A stretch of DNA of 64,000 nt from the NCBI GenBank assembly GCA_951406725.2, contig OX597814.1:112592001-112656000 (forward strand), given 5' to 3'. The notes under the pieces were generated by a model. That model was given only the letters and a program-made list of their open reading frames with translations. It did no database searches and had not been told where the DNA came from. Positions 13,703-29,144 of the stretch are shown piece after piece. The position numbers were made by a program, and so were the translations under genes. Positions within the stretch are counted from its first letter, which is position 1, and each line of letters begins with the position of its first letter. Origin of the DNA: Octopus vulgaris (taxonomy: Eukaryota).

Positions 13703-14162
13703 CCAAAAGTTTAATTTAGATGGAGAAAAAGCGGGTGAATAAGTCTGATTTTTGTTAATAATGTTTACAACGTCAGGCATGTTTCGGTCTTATTAGCCCT
13801 CCTCGGTGAAACATACTTTATTCATTGACTGCCAATATCTGAGAACTAGTAATAAAAGTACTTTTTCTTTTATTAATGTGAAAGAAAATTGAATAATTAG
13901 ACAGGTTAAAATAAAAGGCGTTGGAAAATGCGAACAGTTCCTTTTGTACCATAAGGAACGCTTTTCGAGTTAGCAGTAGAAATATGCTGAACGTCAAGCC
14001 TACACCTCCTCCTCTATTTCATTACCTTATCTTCTTTTTCTCCTTCTCTATCACCATATTTTTCCAGTTCTTTCCTTCTTCTCCTCTTTTCACTGTCTAT
14101 TCCATATTATTACCATCATTCTGCATATATAAATATAAATATATGTATATGTGTATATATAC

Positions 14163-14212
<50 letters not shown>

Positions 14213-14331
14213 GGGGGGGGTGAGAGTGAGAGAGTGAGAGAGAAAGTCAGAGTGTGTGAGAGATACATACATACCTACATATATATGTAGCCATACATAT
14301 GTATGTATATATATATACATATATATATGTA

Positions 14332-14403
<72 letters not shown>

Positions 14404-14680
14404 GTATATATGATTTTTGATGTCCTTACCCCCAAACTTTTGTGAGTTGAATTAAGCAAACGCTATATATGAGAGAGATTTTCTTTAAGTATTAGAAATA
14501 GCTTTAAAAAAGTTTTTTAGCTGCTATTTCTAATGAGTTCAGTATGCGGCGAAGTAATTTATTTTACTAAGCCCTTTTATATAATGTAATAATTTGAATT
14601 CGCCTTAAATGGTCCCTTTGCATACTGAACACTTGGTGAAATTGATTAATAATTAATTAATTTTACCCTCAATTGTTGAA

Positions 14681-14722
<42 letters not shown>

Positions 14723-15346
14723 ATATATATATGTATGTATATGCATATAAATGTGTGCATATATATATAGATATATCTACATATATATGTGTGTTTGTGT
14801 GTATATGCCTATACACTATGAACATACACACACCGATATATATATATATATATATATAAATGAGGGAATGAGGGAATGAATGAATGAATGAATGAATGAA
14901 TGAGGGAATGTTTCTGGAAAGAATCAGCCGAAATTTTCAGAACCTCAAATGTATTCCATAAGTGGTAACAGTTGTGCATTGGGTTGGCAGATATAATTCC
15001 TTAACTATCTCCACCGTCACCACCACTACCACCACAACCACCACCACCATCTCCACTACAACCACCACCACCCACACCTCCATCACCACCACCACCACCA
15101 TCCGGACTCTTTTGGGTAACGAGGTAGGCCACCCGCAGTTAATAGTGTCATGTGTAACAAAGGACAACAGCATGGGGTTTTTTTACGCCCTCCCCCTCAC
15201 GCTTCTCCCCGCCTCCTCTTTCTCCTCCTCCTCCTCCTCCTCCTTACATCCTAATCCACCTCCACCTTCTCCTCACACTATTTAACACACAAAGAATTCT
15301 GGCCTCTTTGACAAACAACCAATATTTGAAGAAGCTAGGGTTGTTG

Positions 15347-15378
<32 letters not shown>

Positions 15379-15635
15379 GGTGGTGGTGGCTGGTTGTTGA
15401 TTGTTGTTGTTTTGTTCATAGTACATGTGTGTTTATGTGTGTGTGTGTGTGTGTTTTGCTGTATGAGTGTGTGTGTGTGTGTGAGAGAGAGAGAGTGTGT
15501 GTTTATGTGAATGTATCTGTGCGTATGAATGTATTCGTGTGTGACTGCGTATGTATCTTTGTGTGTGTATTAGTGTGAATGTGTGTACAGGTGGACGTTT
15601 GTCAGTATGTGCTTCTATGTGTGTGTGTATGTGTG

Positions 15636-15888
15636 TTTCTGTGTGTGTGTGTTTCTGTGTGTATGTGTGTTTCTCTGTGTGTGTGTTTCTCTGTGTGTGT
15701 GTTTCTCTGTGTGTGTTTTTCTCTGTGTGTGTGTTTCTCTGTGTGTGTTTTTCTCTGTGTGTGTTTTTCTCTGTGTGTGTGTTTCTCTGTGTGTGTGTTT
15801 CTCTGTGTGTGTGTTTCTCTGTTTGTGTTTTTCTCTGTGTGTGTTTCTGTGCGTGTGTTTCTGTGTGTGTGTATTTCTCTGTGTGTGT
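15636..15888. repeat. Compound minisatellite (GTGTGTGTGTTTCTCT-like, 16-18 bp)
   Basis: Visible tandem units. Confidence 0.85.
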
Positions 15889-16159
15889 GAGAGAGAGAGA
15901 GAGCGAGACAGAAAAAGAGAGAAAGAGAGTGAGAGAAATACAGAGTATACCTATATTTGTTTGAAAGATTATGTACTTTCGCACGTGGGCGGTGTGTTTT
16001 GCGTTGTAAGTATGCATAGGCAATCGTACACACACGCACACACACATAGCCACACATACACACACACACACGCACACAAACGCACATACACACACGATCA
16101 TAGCCAGAAGCACAACCTATGGGAGTGTGATTATGTGTCTGTAAGTGTATCTGTATGCC

Positions 16160-16246
<87 letters not shown>

Positions 16247-16282
16247 TGTGTGTGTGTACTGTATGTATATATGTTTTATCTA

Positions 16283-16450
16283 TTACTTTTTTTCCATCAT
16301 TGGACTGCAGTCACGATGGGGTACCGCTTCGAAAAGTACAGTGGAGCAAACGACAATGTATCCTTACGCTATCGATGCGTTTTGCCGAATCGCTAGGTTA
16401 TGGGGACGTAAACAAACCAACACTAGTTTTCAAGCGTCGTCGTCGGTGGA
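16283..16450 (-). mobile_element. SINE family A, old 3' half
   Basis: Degenerate TTTGCCGAATCGCTAGGTTATGGGGACGTAAAC. Confidence 0.65.
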
Positions 16451-16522
16451 GGGAGAAATATAAAGACCCATACACAGATACATACACACATACACTACAC
16501 ATACACACACACACATACATAC

Positions 16523-16553
<31 letters not shown>

Positions 16554-16620
16554 CATACATACATACATACATACATGCATACATATATATATACACATAT
16601 ATATACATATATATAAATAT

Positions 16621-16820
16621 TTATAAATAAGGGCAAAAAAAAATTTTCTTTGCCAATATGTTGAAAAATAGACGCTAGATTGTCCATTTTTATCGTCTGT
16701 TTTTCAGCATACTGAAAAGATTTTTTTTTTCTTTTCGCCTTTATTTATAATTGTATTTATAATTTTCACCTTAAAAGGTATGTTTCACATGCTGGCCTGT
16801 GAAAAAATTTTATCGTTATA
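16621..16820. mobile_element. Fold-back element F1, older copy in opposite orientation
   Basis: Imperfect arms 16621-16673 and 16693-16750, then the reverse complement of the F1 end. Confidence 0.5.
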
Positions 16821-16942
16821 TTAGACGTATATATATATATATATATAGTTAATCCAAACATGAAACACAAAGAGAAAACAAAACAACGCGAGGACGTAGA
16901 ACAAGTATAGTGTTATTGGACGCTCAGGAAAGGAAGAAGGAG

Positions 16943-17009
<67 letters not shown>

Positions 17010-17012
<3 letters not shown>

Positions 17013-17556
17013 GGTGCGGTGAATAGACTGTCGTCTAAATTAAGGCAAAAATGAAAATAACACTGACATCTCATTTTAACAGATATAATTACCCCCAAAT
17101 TACATAGATATCTTGAAATACTAAAGAGTAAATTTATTCAATAAAATCGCCATTGGTTTAACCACGACCTCCAGACAACTTCGGAATCTCCAGCAACACT
17201 TTTGGACTGTCTCCTTGTTTAAGTTGATGAATGCTGCCATAATCCTTGCCTTCAGTTCATCTTTGGTGTTACAAGGAGTCTTGTTGGTCTCTCGCTCAAC
17301 TGCGCCCCACACATAATAATCAAGGGGGTTGCAATCTGGGGAGTTAGGTGGCCAAATGTTTGGGGTGATGGGGTCACAAAAATTGACTGACAGACATGAC
17401 TAGGTTCTCCTGCTTGTGTTGCATGGTGCAGAATCATGTTGCATAACGTCACCATCACTAGTAATCACTCCAAACACCGTGATGTTGACTGGATGTTTGA
17501 TGTTTACCACTCTAGGTACATGTCCTCAGATTGCACTGTCGTCAGATTGACATTCA
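17010..17556 (-). mobile_element. Tc1/mariner (DD37D/maT-like) transposon remnant
   Basis: Reads IWPPNSPDCNPLDYYVWGAVERETNK. TIR-like CAGGGTGCGGTGAATA at 17010. Homologous to 51992-52640. Confidence 0.8.
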
Positions 17557-17694
17557 CTAGTACAATACTAAGTACAAAACCAAATATGTGGCACCCTAAG
17601 CATAACTCCAACATGAACTACCAACTTGTCTCTTGAGGTCTCTGGGTGAGACTTGGAGCCAACTTGTACAAATGTAAAGCAAAAGTCAAACATA

Positions 17695-17695
<1 letters not shown>

Positions 17696-17742
<47 letters not shown>

Positions 17743-17753
17743 TAATAATAATA

Positions 17754-17820
<67 letters not shown>

Positions 17821-17831
17821 TGATGATGATG

Positions 17832-17914
<83 letters not shown>
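17696..17914. repeat. (AAT)n/(GAT)n/(AAC)n compound microsatellite
   Basis: Direct inspection. Confidence 0.95.
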
Positions 17915-17915
<1 letters not shown>

Positions 17916-17962
17916 TCGAAAAATACCTTAGGAATGAGAACCCAGGTTCGAAATTTCCCCAA

Positions 17963-18008
17963 GACACCTGATGAAGACTGGAGGGTATATCTGCCGAAAC
18001 GTTGTGTT
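17963..18008 (+). ncRNA. Minimal hammerhead motif next to (AAT)n/(AAC)n
   Basis: GACAC-CTGATGA-AGACTGG..TCTGCC-GAA-ACGT-T-GTGTT; stem II imperfect. Confidence 0.6.
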
Positions 18009-18069
18009 AACAACAAAAGGATGAGGACAAATATCCGTCAAATGTAAATAATGTCGAAATATTTTGTTT

Positions 18070-18405
18070 TGTATATGAAGTCCACGGTGGACAGCAGTAT
18101 TTGAGGTGTAGCTGTACAAAGGAGGAGAAAAGAGGAATGATGACACCCTGTCCTCTGGACCGGAATGTTCTTAGGCTTCCAAAGCTCATCCTACGAGCTA
18201 TATCGACGTTATTGTTGAGATTGTTGTCAACAATTACTCCTAGGTCTCTGATATTCTTAGATGTTGTGAGTTGTGCCCCTGAAGGAAGAGAATATGGTTG
18301 TTTTAGCTTAGTCTTTCTTCCAAAATACATCAATTCACATTTTCCTTCGTTTAGTCGCATTTTGTTTTTGTCTACCCATTGACTTACAACATGCAGATCA
18401 AACTG
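18070..18405 (-). mobile_element. CR1/L2-group LINE RT C-terminal fragment
   Basis: MRLNEGKCELMYFG...IRDLGVIVDNNL...LFSSFVQLHLKYCCPPW. Confidence 0.75.
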
Positions 18406-18900
18406 GTGTTCAGTTCGGTCTTCTTCCTGCGTAAGATTCTAAACTGCATCCAGTAGTGAGTCCTTGGTACGAGAATTCCAGGGTTTGAGGAGTATGGTAC
18501 CACCTCTTAGCCATTATTATTCCCAAACTCACAGGTCAACTCTGACCTAGAATGGTCAACTATGGGCGAACGAGTTAATGTATCACATGCTTCAAAACTC
18601 AAGCTACGTTTGGTCCGACAATCGGCGGTGACTTGGTCAGCGAACCCTCCGGGACAGCCATAATCGACGGCAAGATGAGCTGCTACGGGTCACACTATCC
18701 CAAAATGTGTATACATGTGAGCAGGGACCGCAGGTGAACTTGTATTCCCAGTGAATCTCCAAACGTGAACTCCACACCTCAACAATGAATGACGACTATA
18801 GCTACAGCGTCCATTCTTTCAAACGCTCTTGTTTTTCTAGTGGGGCATTTGTCGAATATGCAATCAGGATTTCTGGGCCTCAGACAGAAGCATTACTTTG

Positions 18901-19250
18901 CCCGGCTGGAACGTCAGGGCCGATCATCGCATGTGGTCAGTATTCGTGAGGGACTTGGTGAAATCGTTCGTCGGAGCCGGCTCAACCCACCTCGGTAGAG
19001 CTGCCACATGTACATGAAGTACAAGTAATTATATAAATTTATGTGTGTGAATAGGGGGTTGTGTGTGTGGGTGTGGGTTGCCCGGTTGGAACGTCAGGGC
19101 CGATCATCGCATGTGGTCAGTATTCGCGAGGGACTTGGTGAAATCGTTCGTCAGAGCCAGCTCAACCCACCTCGGCAGAGCTGCCACATGTACATGAAGT
19201 ACAAGTAATTATATAAATTTATGTGTGTGAATAGGGGGTTGTGTGTGTGG
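18901..19250. repeat. 180-bp tandem duplication
   Basis: 18901-19080 and 19081-19250 are nearly identical. Confidence 0.95.
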
Positions 19251-19809
19251 ATGTATTTGTGGGGATGTCTTGTCATAATAGTGCATACATACTTATTAGA
19301 TAAAGTTTTCGTTCATTGTGTTGCACTTTTATTGAGCGACCACATTGTATGAGATATTCGTTTATTGTATTGTACATTTATTGTGAAGCATATTTTATGA
19401 AACATTCGCTTGTTGTAATGTACAACTGTTGTGACGCCATGTTGAATTAAAAACTCGTTTGTTTATTCATTATTCATTATTCATTCTTTTTGTTGAATCC
19501 CCATTGACAAAGTTTCTTTGGTATTTTAGAGCGAAAAAAGAAAATAGAAAAATATGGAAGAATTATCTTGATTTCTTGTAACAGCTGACGAAGAATATAT
19601 TGCTATCATCAGAAATGTTACATTCTACATCTAGCTGATAATAAAATGACTCTTAGTAAAAGGTAAAAAGAAATAAAACACCTGCATAGATCAGGAGATT
19701 ATATTTTAGCTCTATTACACATGCTGACAGATATAGTTATTCTCCACATTAGATATTTGAAGAGACTGTTACTAATTTATCTTTGATTTATATTATATTA
19801 GTACACTAC

Positions 19810-20104
19810 GGAGGCGCAATGGCCCAGTGGTTAGGGCAGTGGACTCGCGAGCATAGGAACGCGGTTTCGATTCCCCGACCGGGCGTTGTGAGTGTTTATT
19901 GGGCAAAAACACCTAAAACTCCACGAGTCTCCGGCAGGGGGTCGTGGAGGAACTCTGCTGTATACTTTGTCCACAACTTTCTCCCATTCTTTCTTCCTGT
20001 TTCTCTGGTACCTGTATTTTCAAAGGGGCCAGCCTTGTCACATTCTGTGTCACACTGAATCTTCCCCCAAGAACTACATTAAGGGTACACGTGTCTGTGG
20101 AGTG
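19810..20104 (+). mobile_element. tRNA-derived SINE family C
   Basis: GGAGGCGCAATGGCCCAGTGGTTAGGGC..GGTTTCGATTCC (A and B boxes). Confidence 0.8.
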
Positions 20105-20111
20105 TTTTTTT

Positions 20112-20251
20112 TTTTATTCTTTTACTTCTTTCAGTCATTTGACTGCGGCCATGCTGGAGCACCGCCTTAGTCAAACAAATCGACCCCAGAACTTATTCTT
20201 TGTAAGCCTAGTACTTATTCTATCGATCTCTCATATATATATATATATATA

Positions 20252-20283
<32 letters not shown>

Positions 20284-20422
20284 CTCCGTCTACCAAATCC
20301 ACTCACGAGGCTTTGGTCGGCCCGAGGCTATAATAGAAGACACTTACCCAAAGTGCCACGCAGTGGGACTGAATCCGGTACCATGTGGTTAGGAAGCAAG
20401 CTTCTTACTACACCGCCGCTCC
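20112..20422 (-). mobile_element. SINE family A
   Basis: Homology to other copies. Confidence 0.8.
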
Positions 20423-20709
20423 TTGTTTTAAATTTCAGTTCTCAAAAATAAAATTGCTCAACCGTCGGTACCTGACAATTTAGAAAAGCCATCATCACCT
20501 CCTCCGTTAATGAACACCCGACCGACATCGGCACCACCACAAACTGATACAGTTCTCCGTGTGTGTGTGTGTGTGTGTTTGCTTGCGTGCATATATATTT
20601 CGACGGTGTTTCGTGTTGTTTCATTTCTTTTTCTCTTACATTTCCTATTACAGAAGCTTAGACTTATATACCTTTTATATATGTGTGTGTGTGTGTGTGT
20701 GTGTATCTA

Positions 20710-20744
<35 letters not shown>

Positions 20745-20747
20745 TTA

Positions 20748-20818
<71 letters not shown>

Positions 20819-20917
20819 AATCCAAACATGAAAACACAAAGAGAAAACACAACAACGCGAGGACGTGTAACAAGTATAGTGTTATTGGACGATCAGGAAA
20901 GGAAAGAAAGAAGGAGG

Positions 20918-20952
20918 ATTTAACGTTTCGAGCGGAGCTCTTCGTCAGAAAC
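20918..20952 (-). ncRNA. Minimal hammerhead motif (family F3)
   Basis: GUUU-CUGACGA-A-GAGC-UCC-GCUC-GAA-ACGU-U-AAAU. Confidence 0.65.
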
Positions 20953-21016
20953 ATAGGAAAAGGAAAGATCCAAGGAAGGGAAGACGGAGGAAAAATCACC
21001 AACGATACACTCGCAG

Positions 21017-21060
<44 letters not shown>

Positions 21061-21077
21061 ACACACACACACACACA

Positions 21078-21125
<48 letters not shown>

Positions 21126-21490
21126 CCAATCTCAAGTATATTAGTCCATACAGTAATCACGCTAGGGCAATTACTAAGAATTTAGTTTAAAATATTTCAG
21201 TTTGATTGTCTAAACTATCCGCCAATGTTGATATTTTTTAATGACAAGGCAGAATTTTATAACTCTGCTTTAATTAAAGCAGGGTATGAAGAAAAAATAA
21301 CCTACATTGATTCTGCTCAATCTCATCTTTCATCTACTATTCGAGACAAGAAATCTAGTTGTAATAAGAAGTGATTTTAATTCTAATATTGACAAAACTA
21401 AACATGATATAATTCCTTTACAGAGTAAGGGAGGCAACTGTTATTTAAGCCCATTTTTTCACTCTAGAGGTATTTCACCGTTCTTTATAG

Positions 21491-21527
<37 letters not shown>

Positions 21528-21529
<2 letters not shown>

Positions 21530-21988
21530 GAGGATGAAATTTCTTTCGAAAAAGATTTTATCAATGGCCAGCATATTAAAAAATACCTTAACCGGTTAAA
21601 TTTATAAACAATTCATAAATGAGGGCAAAGGAAAAAATTTCTAATGCCAAATATGCCGAAAAATTGGACATATTGTCCATTAACCATATAATTTTTTCAC
21701 AATACGCACGCTACTCGAAAAAAGGTCGACAGAAACTTCTAAAAAATTCCATTATTACCATATCGGACCGATTTCAGAGTTAGCTACTAAGAGCCCTCTC
21801 TTCGTCAGTGATACATGTGGCAAAAGAAATAAATGAGATACTTACTCTGGAATTTTTTAGAAGTTTCTGTCGACCTTTTTCGAGTAGCGTGCGTATTGTG
21901 AAAAAATTATATGGTTAATGGACAATATGTCCAATTTTTCGGCATATTTGGCATTAGAAATTTTTTCCTTTGCCCTCATTTATGAATT
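21528..21988. mobile_element. Fold-back element F1 (Penelope-like pLTR remnant)
   Basis: Arms 21610-21750 and 21849-21988. Hammerhead in the spacer. (TA)n on both sides. Confidence 0.65.
21761..21813 (-). ncRNA. Minimal type I hammerhead motif (family F1)
   Basis: UAUCA-CUGACGA-AGAG..CUCU-GAA-AUCGGU-C-CGAUA. Confidence 0.68.
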
Positions 21989-22074
21989 ATATATATATAT
22001 ATATACGTATATAAACATATGTGTATAAGTACATATATAGAAACGCATATATCCATATATAAATGTATATATAC

Positions 22075-22284
22075 TCTCTCTTTACTCTTTACTCTTTTAC
22101 TTGCTTCAGTCATTTGACTGCGGCCATGCTGGAGCACCGCCTTTTAGTCGAGCAAATCGACCCCAGGACTTATTCTTTGTAAGCCTAGTACTTATTCTAT
22201 CGGTCTTTTTTGCCGAACCGCTAAGTAACGGGGACGTAAACATACCAGCATTGGTTGTCAAGCGATGTTGGGGGGACAAACACA

Positions 22285-22321
<37 letters not shown>

Positions 22322-22333
22322 ATACACATATAC

Positions 22334-22373
<40 letters not shown>

Positions 22374-22563
22374 CATATATATATATATATATATATATAC
22401 GACAGGCCTCTTTCAGTTTCCGTCTACCAAATCCACTCACAAGGCTTTGGTCGGCCCGAGGCTATAGTAGAAGACAGTTACCCAAGGTGCCACGCAGTGG
22501 GACTGAACCCGGAATCTGTGTGGTTGGTAAGCAAGCTACCTACCACACAGCCACTCCTGCGCC
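22075..22563 (-). mobile_element. SINE family A, full length
   Basis: Head GGCGCAGGAGTGGCTGTGTGG through tail; (TA)n flanks. Confidence 0.88.
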
Positions 22564-22598
22564 TATATGTGTGTGTATCTATTATACGTATGTATATA

Positions 22599-22680
<82 letters not shown>

Positions 22681-22722
22681 TAATGAAAGACAGAAGATGG
22701 AATATACGAGAATATATTATTA

Positions 22723-22809
22723 ATCACAACAATCGTTTCGACACATCTAGCATCGACTCCTCTTGTGGGACACACAAAAAACTGGTACAGGAGCATCTTG
22801 TCGGGTGAT
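22723..22809 (-). ncRNA. Degenerate hammerhead motif
   Basis: AUCAC-CCGACAA-GAUGC..GUGUC-GAA-ACGAUUGU-U-GUGAU; stems retained, core mutated. Confidence 0.5.
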
Positions 22810-23264
22810 AAATAAATAAAAAATCTCGTTAGCATAAATCTTTAGGTTGTCTCCTAAAAAATTATGCATGTATGTATGTTTGTATGTATATATGTTCTCT
22901 TTCTCTTTAGAGTAAATTTTGAGCAACCACCTACTTGGTAGCAAGATTGTTAAGGTAAGCATCTTGTTTTAACCATCGTCCTTTAAACCTTATGGGGGTC
23001 TTGTAAATTTTTATAGTCCTTGATATCGTGATCATTTGTAGCATATGAATTAAGGACTTGCGTTCTGTCCACAAGGTCCCAACTTCAGCCATACTTTGCT
23101 CCAGACTGGCTGGTATGTACCCTGTCATGTATGTGTATATGTATATATGAATAGTTGTATGTATTTATCAATGGATAGATGGGTGGATGCATGTCTACTT
23201 TTCCACATTAAAAAAATTGTTAAAATATTTTATGTATTGTTGAAGGATAAAAAGCAAAGTCGAC

Positions 23265-23655
23265 CTTGGTGGAATTTGAATTCAGAACGTAAAGATAGAC
23301 GAAATACTGCTCAGCATTTTGTCCGCTGTGCTAACGTTTCTGCCTGTTCGCCGCCTTTTAATAATCTTTTCTATTCTAGGCACAAGGCCCGAAATTTTGG
23401 GGACGGGGCCAGTCGATTAGATAGACCCCAGTATGCAGAGAGGTACTTAATTTATCGACCCCAAAAGGATGAAAGGCAGAGCCTATCTGGCCGAATTTGA
23501 ACTCAGAACGTCAAGACAGACGAAATACCTATTTCTTTACTATCCACAAGGGGCTAAACACAAGGGGTTATAAACACAAGGGGTTATAATAATAACCCTT
23601 TCTACTATAGGCACAAGGCCTGAAATTTCGGGTGCCTGTTTCTACCAGCTCGCCA
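23265..23655 (-). mobile_element. Cluster of SINE family B pieces
   Basis: Repeated GAATTTGAACTCAGAACGT and AGGCACAAGGCC motifs. Confidence 0.75.
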
Positions 23656-24355
23656 CCCTGGTCCCTCTGAGTGAATTGGTCGCAACGTGGGTTGGCAAAA
23701 ATGGATAGAATAAACGGAACTACTCTAAGCATATGCCTTTAGTTAGATGAACAGCTGAGCAAGTACACATGCCCATGGTGGCCAAAGTGATCCTGGGTCT
23801 GGGTCTGTGGGATTTCTTGACTGGTTTAGTTGGAACCCTCCCGTTTAAGGAAGATTGCATTTTCCAGGAATACTTTGAATTCTTTTCGTCCCATCTCCCA
23901 GCTCTTCCCATATTTCTATGCAAGTACCCACAAACTGTTGACTGCTCTCGTAATGTTCCACTCGACAGGTGCACCTGTGGTAATTACAAGAAACCATCTT
24001 CACAGCCCCCACCACTACCACTACCGTGATTATCATCATCGTCGTCCTTAATATTATTATATCCTCACCATCAGCATCATCGTCATCATCGTGGCCATCG
24101 TCATCATCAGAGTTGATTAATGATATTTGCTAACGGCTTGAGATGTTTTCTTATTAGAGAACACTAATATGACAGAGGAGAGGGCAAATGGGAAGAGAGA
24201 GGGTGAGTGAGTGAGTGAGTGAGTGAAAGAAAGAGAGACAGCGTAAAGCTAGGGATATAGAGAAAACGAGAAAGAGAGAATATGATTATGTGTATGACTG
24301 CATTTATAAATACATAAAAATATATAGATGTATGTACGTATACATACATACATAT

Positions 24356-26003
<1,648 letters not shown>

Positions 26004-26090
26004 TATATATATATGTATGTATGTATGTATATGTATATATGTGTATGTATACATATATATATATATACATGTATGTATGCATATATTTTT

Positions 26091-26489
26091 TCTTTTTCTT
26101 ATTTCAGTCATTTGATCGCGGCCATGCTGGAGCACCGCCTTTTAGTCGAACAAATCGACCCAGGACTTATTCTTTATAAGCCTAGTATTTATTCTATCGG
26201 TTTCTTTGGTCGAACCGCTAAGTTACGGGGACGTAAACACACCAGCATCGGTTGTCAAGCGATGGTGGGGGACAAATACAGACACACAATCATACACGCG
26301 CACACACACACATATATGTGTGTGTGTGTGTATGGATTTGGTAGACTGAAACTGAAAGAAGCCCGTCTGCCAAATCCACTCATAAGGCTTTGGTCAGCCA
26401 GAGGCTAGTGTAGAAGACACGCAGAGGGACTGAACCCAGAACGATGTGGTTGGTAAGCAAGCTACTTACCACACAGCCACTCCTGCGCC
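26091..26489 (-). mobile_element. SINE family A with a small internal inversion
   Basis: GGATTTGGTAGACTGAAACTGAAAGAAGCCCGTC (26333-26367) is inverted relative to the rest. Confidence 0.8.
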
Positions 26490-26496
26490 TATATAT

Positions 26497-26538
<42 letters not shown>

Positions 26539-27633
26539 CGACACACACACAGCATACATACGTATAATGTATCATATACCCACAGCTAAACAATGATAAA
26601 TACAGATATACACAGCAAACAGTAGAGAGTTTGATACAAATACACTGACATTACACCAATAACATATGAAGTATCATTAATAATATTAATACGCCAACTT
26701 GTTCTTTTTGTACCTGAGGTGTGTGTCACACTTCCTTCAAAGGAATGAGTGTGGCAAAGCGAGAGAGAGGAGAGCTGAAAGGAAGTAAGAGAGAAAGAGA
26801 GAGAGTGAAAGAGACAGTAAGTGGTGACGGCGTTCGTTTTGTGTTTTTAAATGTTTCAGAGAGAACGTACGAGAAAAAGAGAGAAAGGGGGAGAGAAAGA
26901 TAGAGAGTGAGAGAGAAAGAAATAGAGAGTGTTGCGATGTTTATTATATCGCAAGAAAAGTAGATACATACATAGATCGAAAGTTGATACATAGACACAT
27001 ACACATTATTAAATTAAAAGCAACAGAGAGGAGGAACACAGAGGCAGTGAAAGAGAGAAAGTAAGAGAGACAGTAGATACATAGATCGAAAGAAAAGTTG
27101 ATACATAGATACATCGTCGCAGCAAATATTGGATATCACTTTCACTTTTCATTACCACACGAGGATAAAATTAACTCGCAACTGGCTGAGTACTCCACAG
27201 ACATGCATATCATTAACATATCAAGGAGATTCAGCTTCACACAGAATATGACAAGGTTGGCCCCTTTAATTACTGCTATAACTCACTTTGGCCATGTGAG
27301 TGGACTGGTGCAAGATAAACGTTCAAGTGGTAGGAAGAAAACGGAAAAAGGTCCTATATAGGGGCAAGAAAATCTTTTTTTAATCATTAGGGTCACTATG
27401 GGTGTTAATCCAGTCCAAACAGCGGCATTTGTGGGTCTCTCAGATCTGGAGGCCAAGCCGCCAGATAAACACCGATGCACAGGCTGTTGTTAACAAACTG
27501 AGCGTGAGTTGCGGGCGAATACACGACGGAATAGCAACTATTTCGTCTTAGCTTTCACTGCTTATACTAAACACATGACATTTTTGCCTTGCGATGCGGA
27601 ACATTTCTTTTTCTTTCACTCTTTTTTAAAATA

Positions 27634-27935
27634 TGGTACTCCGTCGCTTACATCGACGAGGTTCCTGTTTATCTGATCAATGGAACATACTCGTAAAATT
27701 GACGCGCAAGTGGCTGAGTACTTCAAAGACATGCGTACCATAAGGTAGTTCTCAAGGAGATTCAGCCTCACACAGAATTGACGAGGCCGGCCCCTTTGAA
27801 TTACAGTTACAACTCATTTTTGCCAGCTGAGGTGAAATAGAGCAACTTGCTCAAAAACGCAACGTGTCGCAGGAGATCGTACTCATGACTTTATGATCGT
27901 GGGCGGAATACTCCCTAACCACTGAGCCATGCACC
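27634..27935 (-). mobile_element. SINE family D, diverged
   Basis: Reverse-complement similarity to 3431-3752. Confidence 0.68.
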
Positions 27936-28469
27936 TTTACTCTCTTAACCGTAGAGAAAAAGAGTAAAGCAATAGTCAGAGAAAAGAGTCTCAGTCATGT
28001 ACAATGACAAACTGAAATACGATCGATCTTTTCTAGCTTCTTTACTTTTAACAATCAAGAAGAGAGAAAGACATTTAGTAATGAATAGAAGCGAATTCTT
28101 TCAAGTGTTTATGTTTTTATGGGAGTTCTAGAACGATCGAATATTAGTCCTCTCTCCTTTCCCGCAGCCCCGGTACTTAATCGCCTTCTTTCATAGTTCT
28201 TCATGTCATTTAGTTGGTAGGGAAAGACCATGTTTTTTTTCAGGCACGTTTAATGTTTTCTCTACAAGCTACAAACAAGCCCCCTGCCTCCCTTCTTTTT
28301 ATTTCATAAAAAACTAATGCAAATTTCGAACGTGCACAACTCCAGAGCCAACTCCCTGTCATCAGTCCTAATAGACCATTAATGCCTGACCTGCGGCAGC
28401 ATCTTCTAAGTATGCATTGGGCTGATCAGTCACAGCTGGACACACTGTGCCCCACCTGTGTATATATGT

Positions 28470-28644
28470 TACTCTTTTACATGTGTCAGTTATTTTTACT
28501 GCGGCCATGCTGGAGCACCGACTTTAGTCGAGCAAATCGACCCAAGGACTTATTCTTTGTAAGCCTAGTACTTAGTCTATCGGTTGCTTTTGCCGAACCG
28601 CTAAGTTACGGGGACGTAAACACATCAGCATCGGTTGCCAAGCG
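28470..28644 (-). mobile_element. SINE family A, 3' half
   Basis: Homology to the SINE A tail. Confidence 0.78.
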
Positions 28645-28653
28645 ATATAAATA

Positions 28654-29060
28654 AGATTCAGTTGAATTAGGTACTTAAATTAAGGCACCAAGCCAGTTCG
28701 GTATAGTCGTCACAGCTCCAAGTTAAATAAACAAAGTGTAAATAAGTAAGAAAGATGTCCAGGTATCAATACATTACGGCCGTTTCGAGCGGCTACATTT
28801 AATTGATCAATGAAAACATTACATCAATTTGAAAAAAACCGCTCTCCCCAGTTGTAGATGACCATATAAATTCCCAACATAAAGAATAAACCATTTTAAC
28901 AAAATAATTACATTGTTTCCTTATGTTATATTTGTGGCACAATGAGGTTAGAAAATGATGCATATCGGTTTCGTTCAAACTGATGTAATGTTTTCATTGA
29001 ACGATTAAATGGAGCTGCTCGAAACGACCGTAATGTATTGACACCTGGACACCCTTGTTA
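28654..29060. mobile_element. Fold-back element F2 (diverged subfamily)
   Basis: Arms about 28755-28832 and 28974-29052. Starts GATTCAGTTGAATTAGGTACTTAA. Confidence 0.6.
28770..28856 (-). ncRNA. Hammerhead motif (family F2), one core substitution
   Basis: UACAA-CUGGGGA-GAGCGG..CCGCUC-GAA-ACGGCCGU-A-AUGUA. Confidence 0.65.
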
Positions 29061-29075
29061 CCAATTAACATTATA

Positions 29076-29144
<69 letters not shown>

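Noticed and set aside
19810-19880. tRNA gene (also 54081)
   Set aside because: No proper acceptor stem; continues into a repeated SINE body.
21610-21988. MITE interpretation of the fold-backs
   Set aside because: Inversion points differ among copies and one arm extends beyond the other. A TA TSD cannot be assessed inside (TA)n, so this is not fully excluded.
22931-23128. Penelope GIY-YIG C-terminus upstream of the 22723 hammerhead
   Set aside because: Resemblance (LEQ..VGTLW) too weak to call without a profile search.
23720-24029. Possible host exon
   Set aside because: No recognisable domain; the minus strand faintly resembles a decayed RLE-LINE C-terminus.
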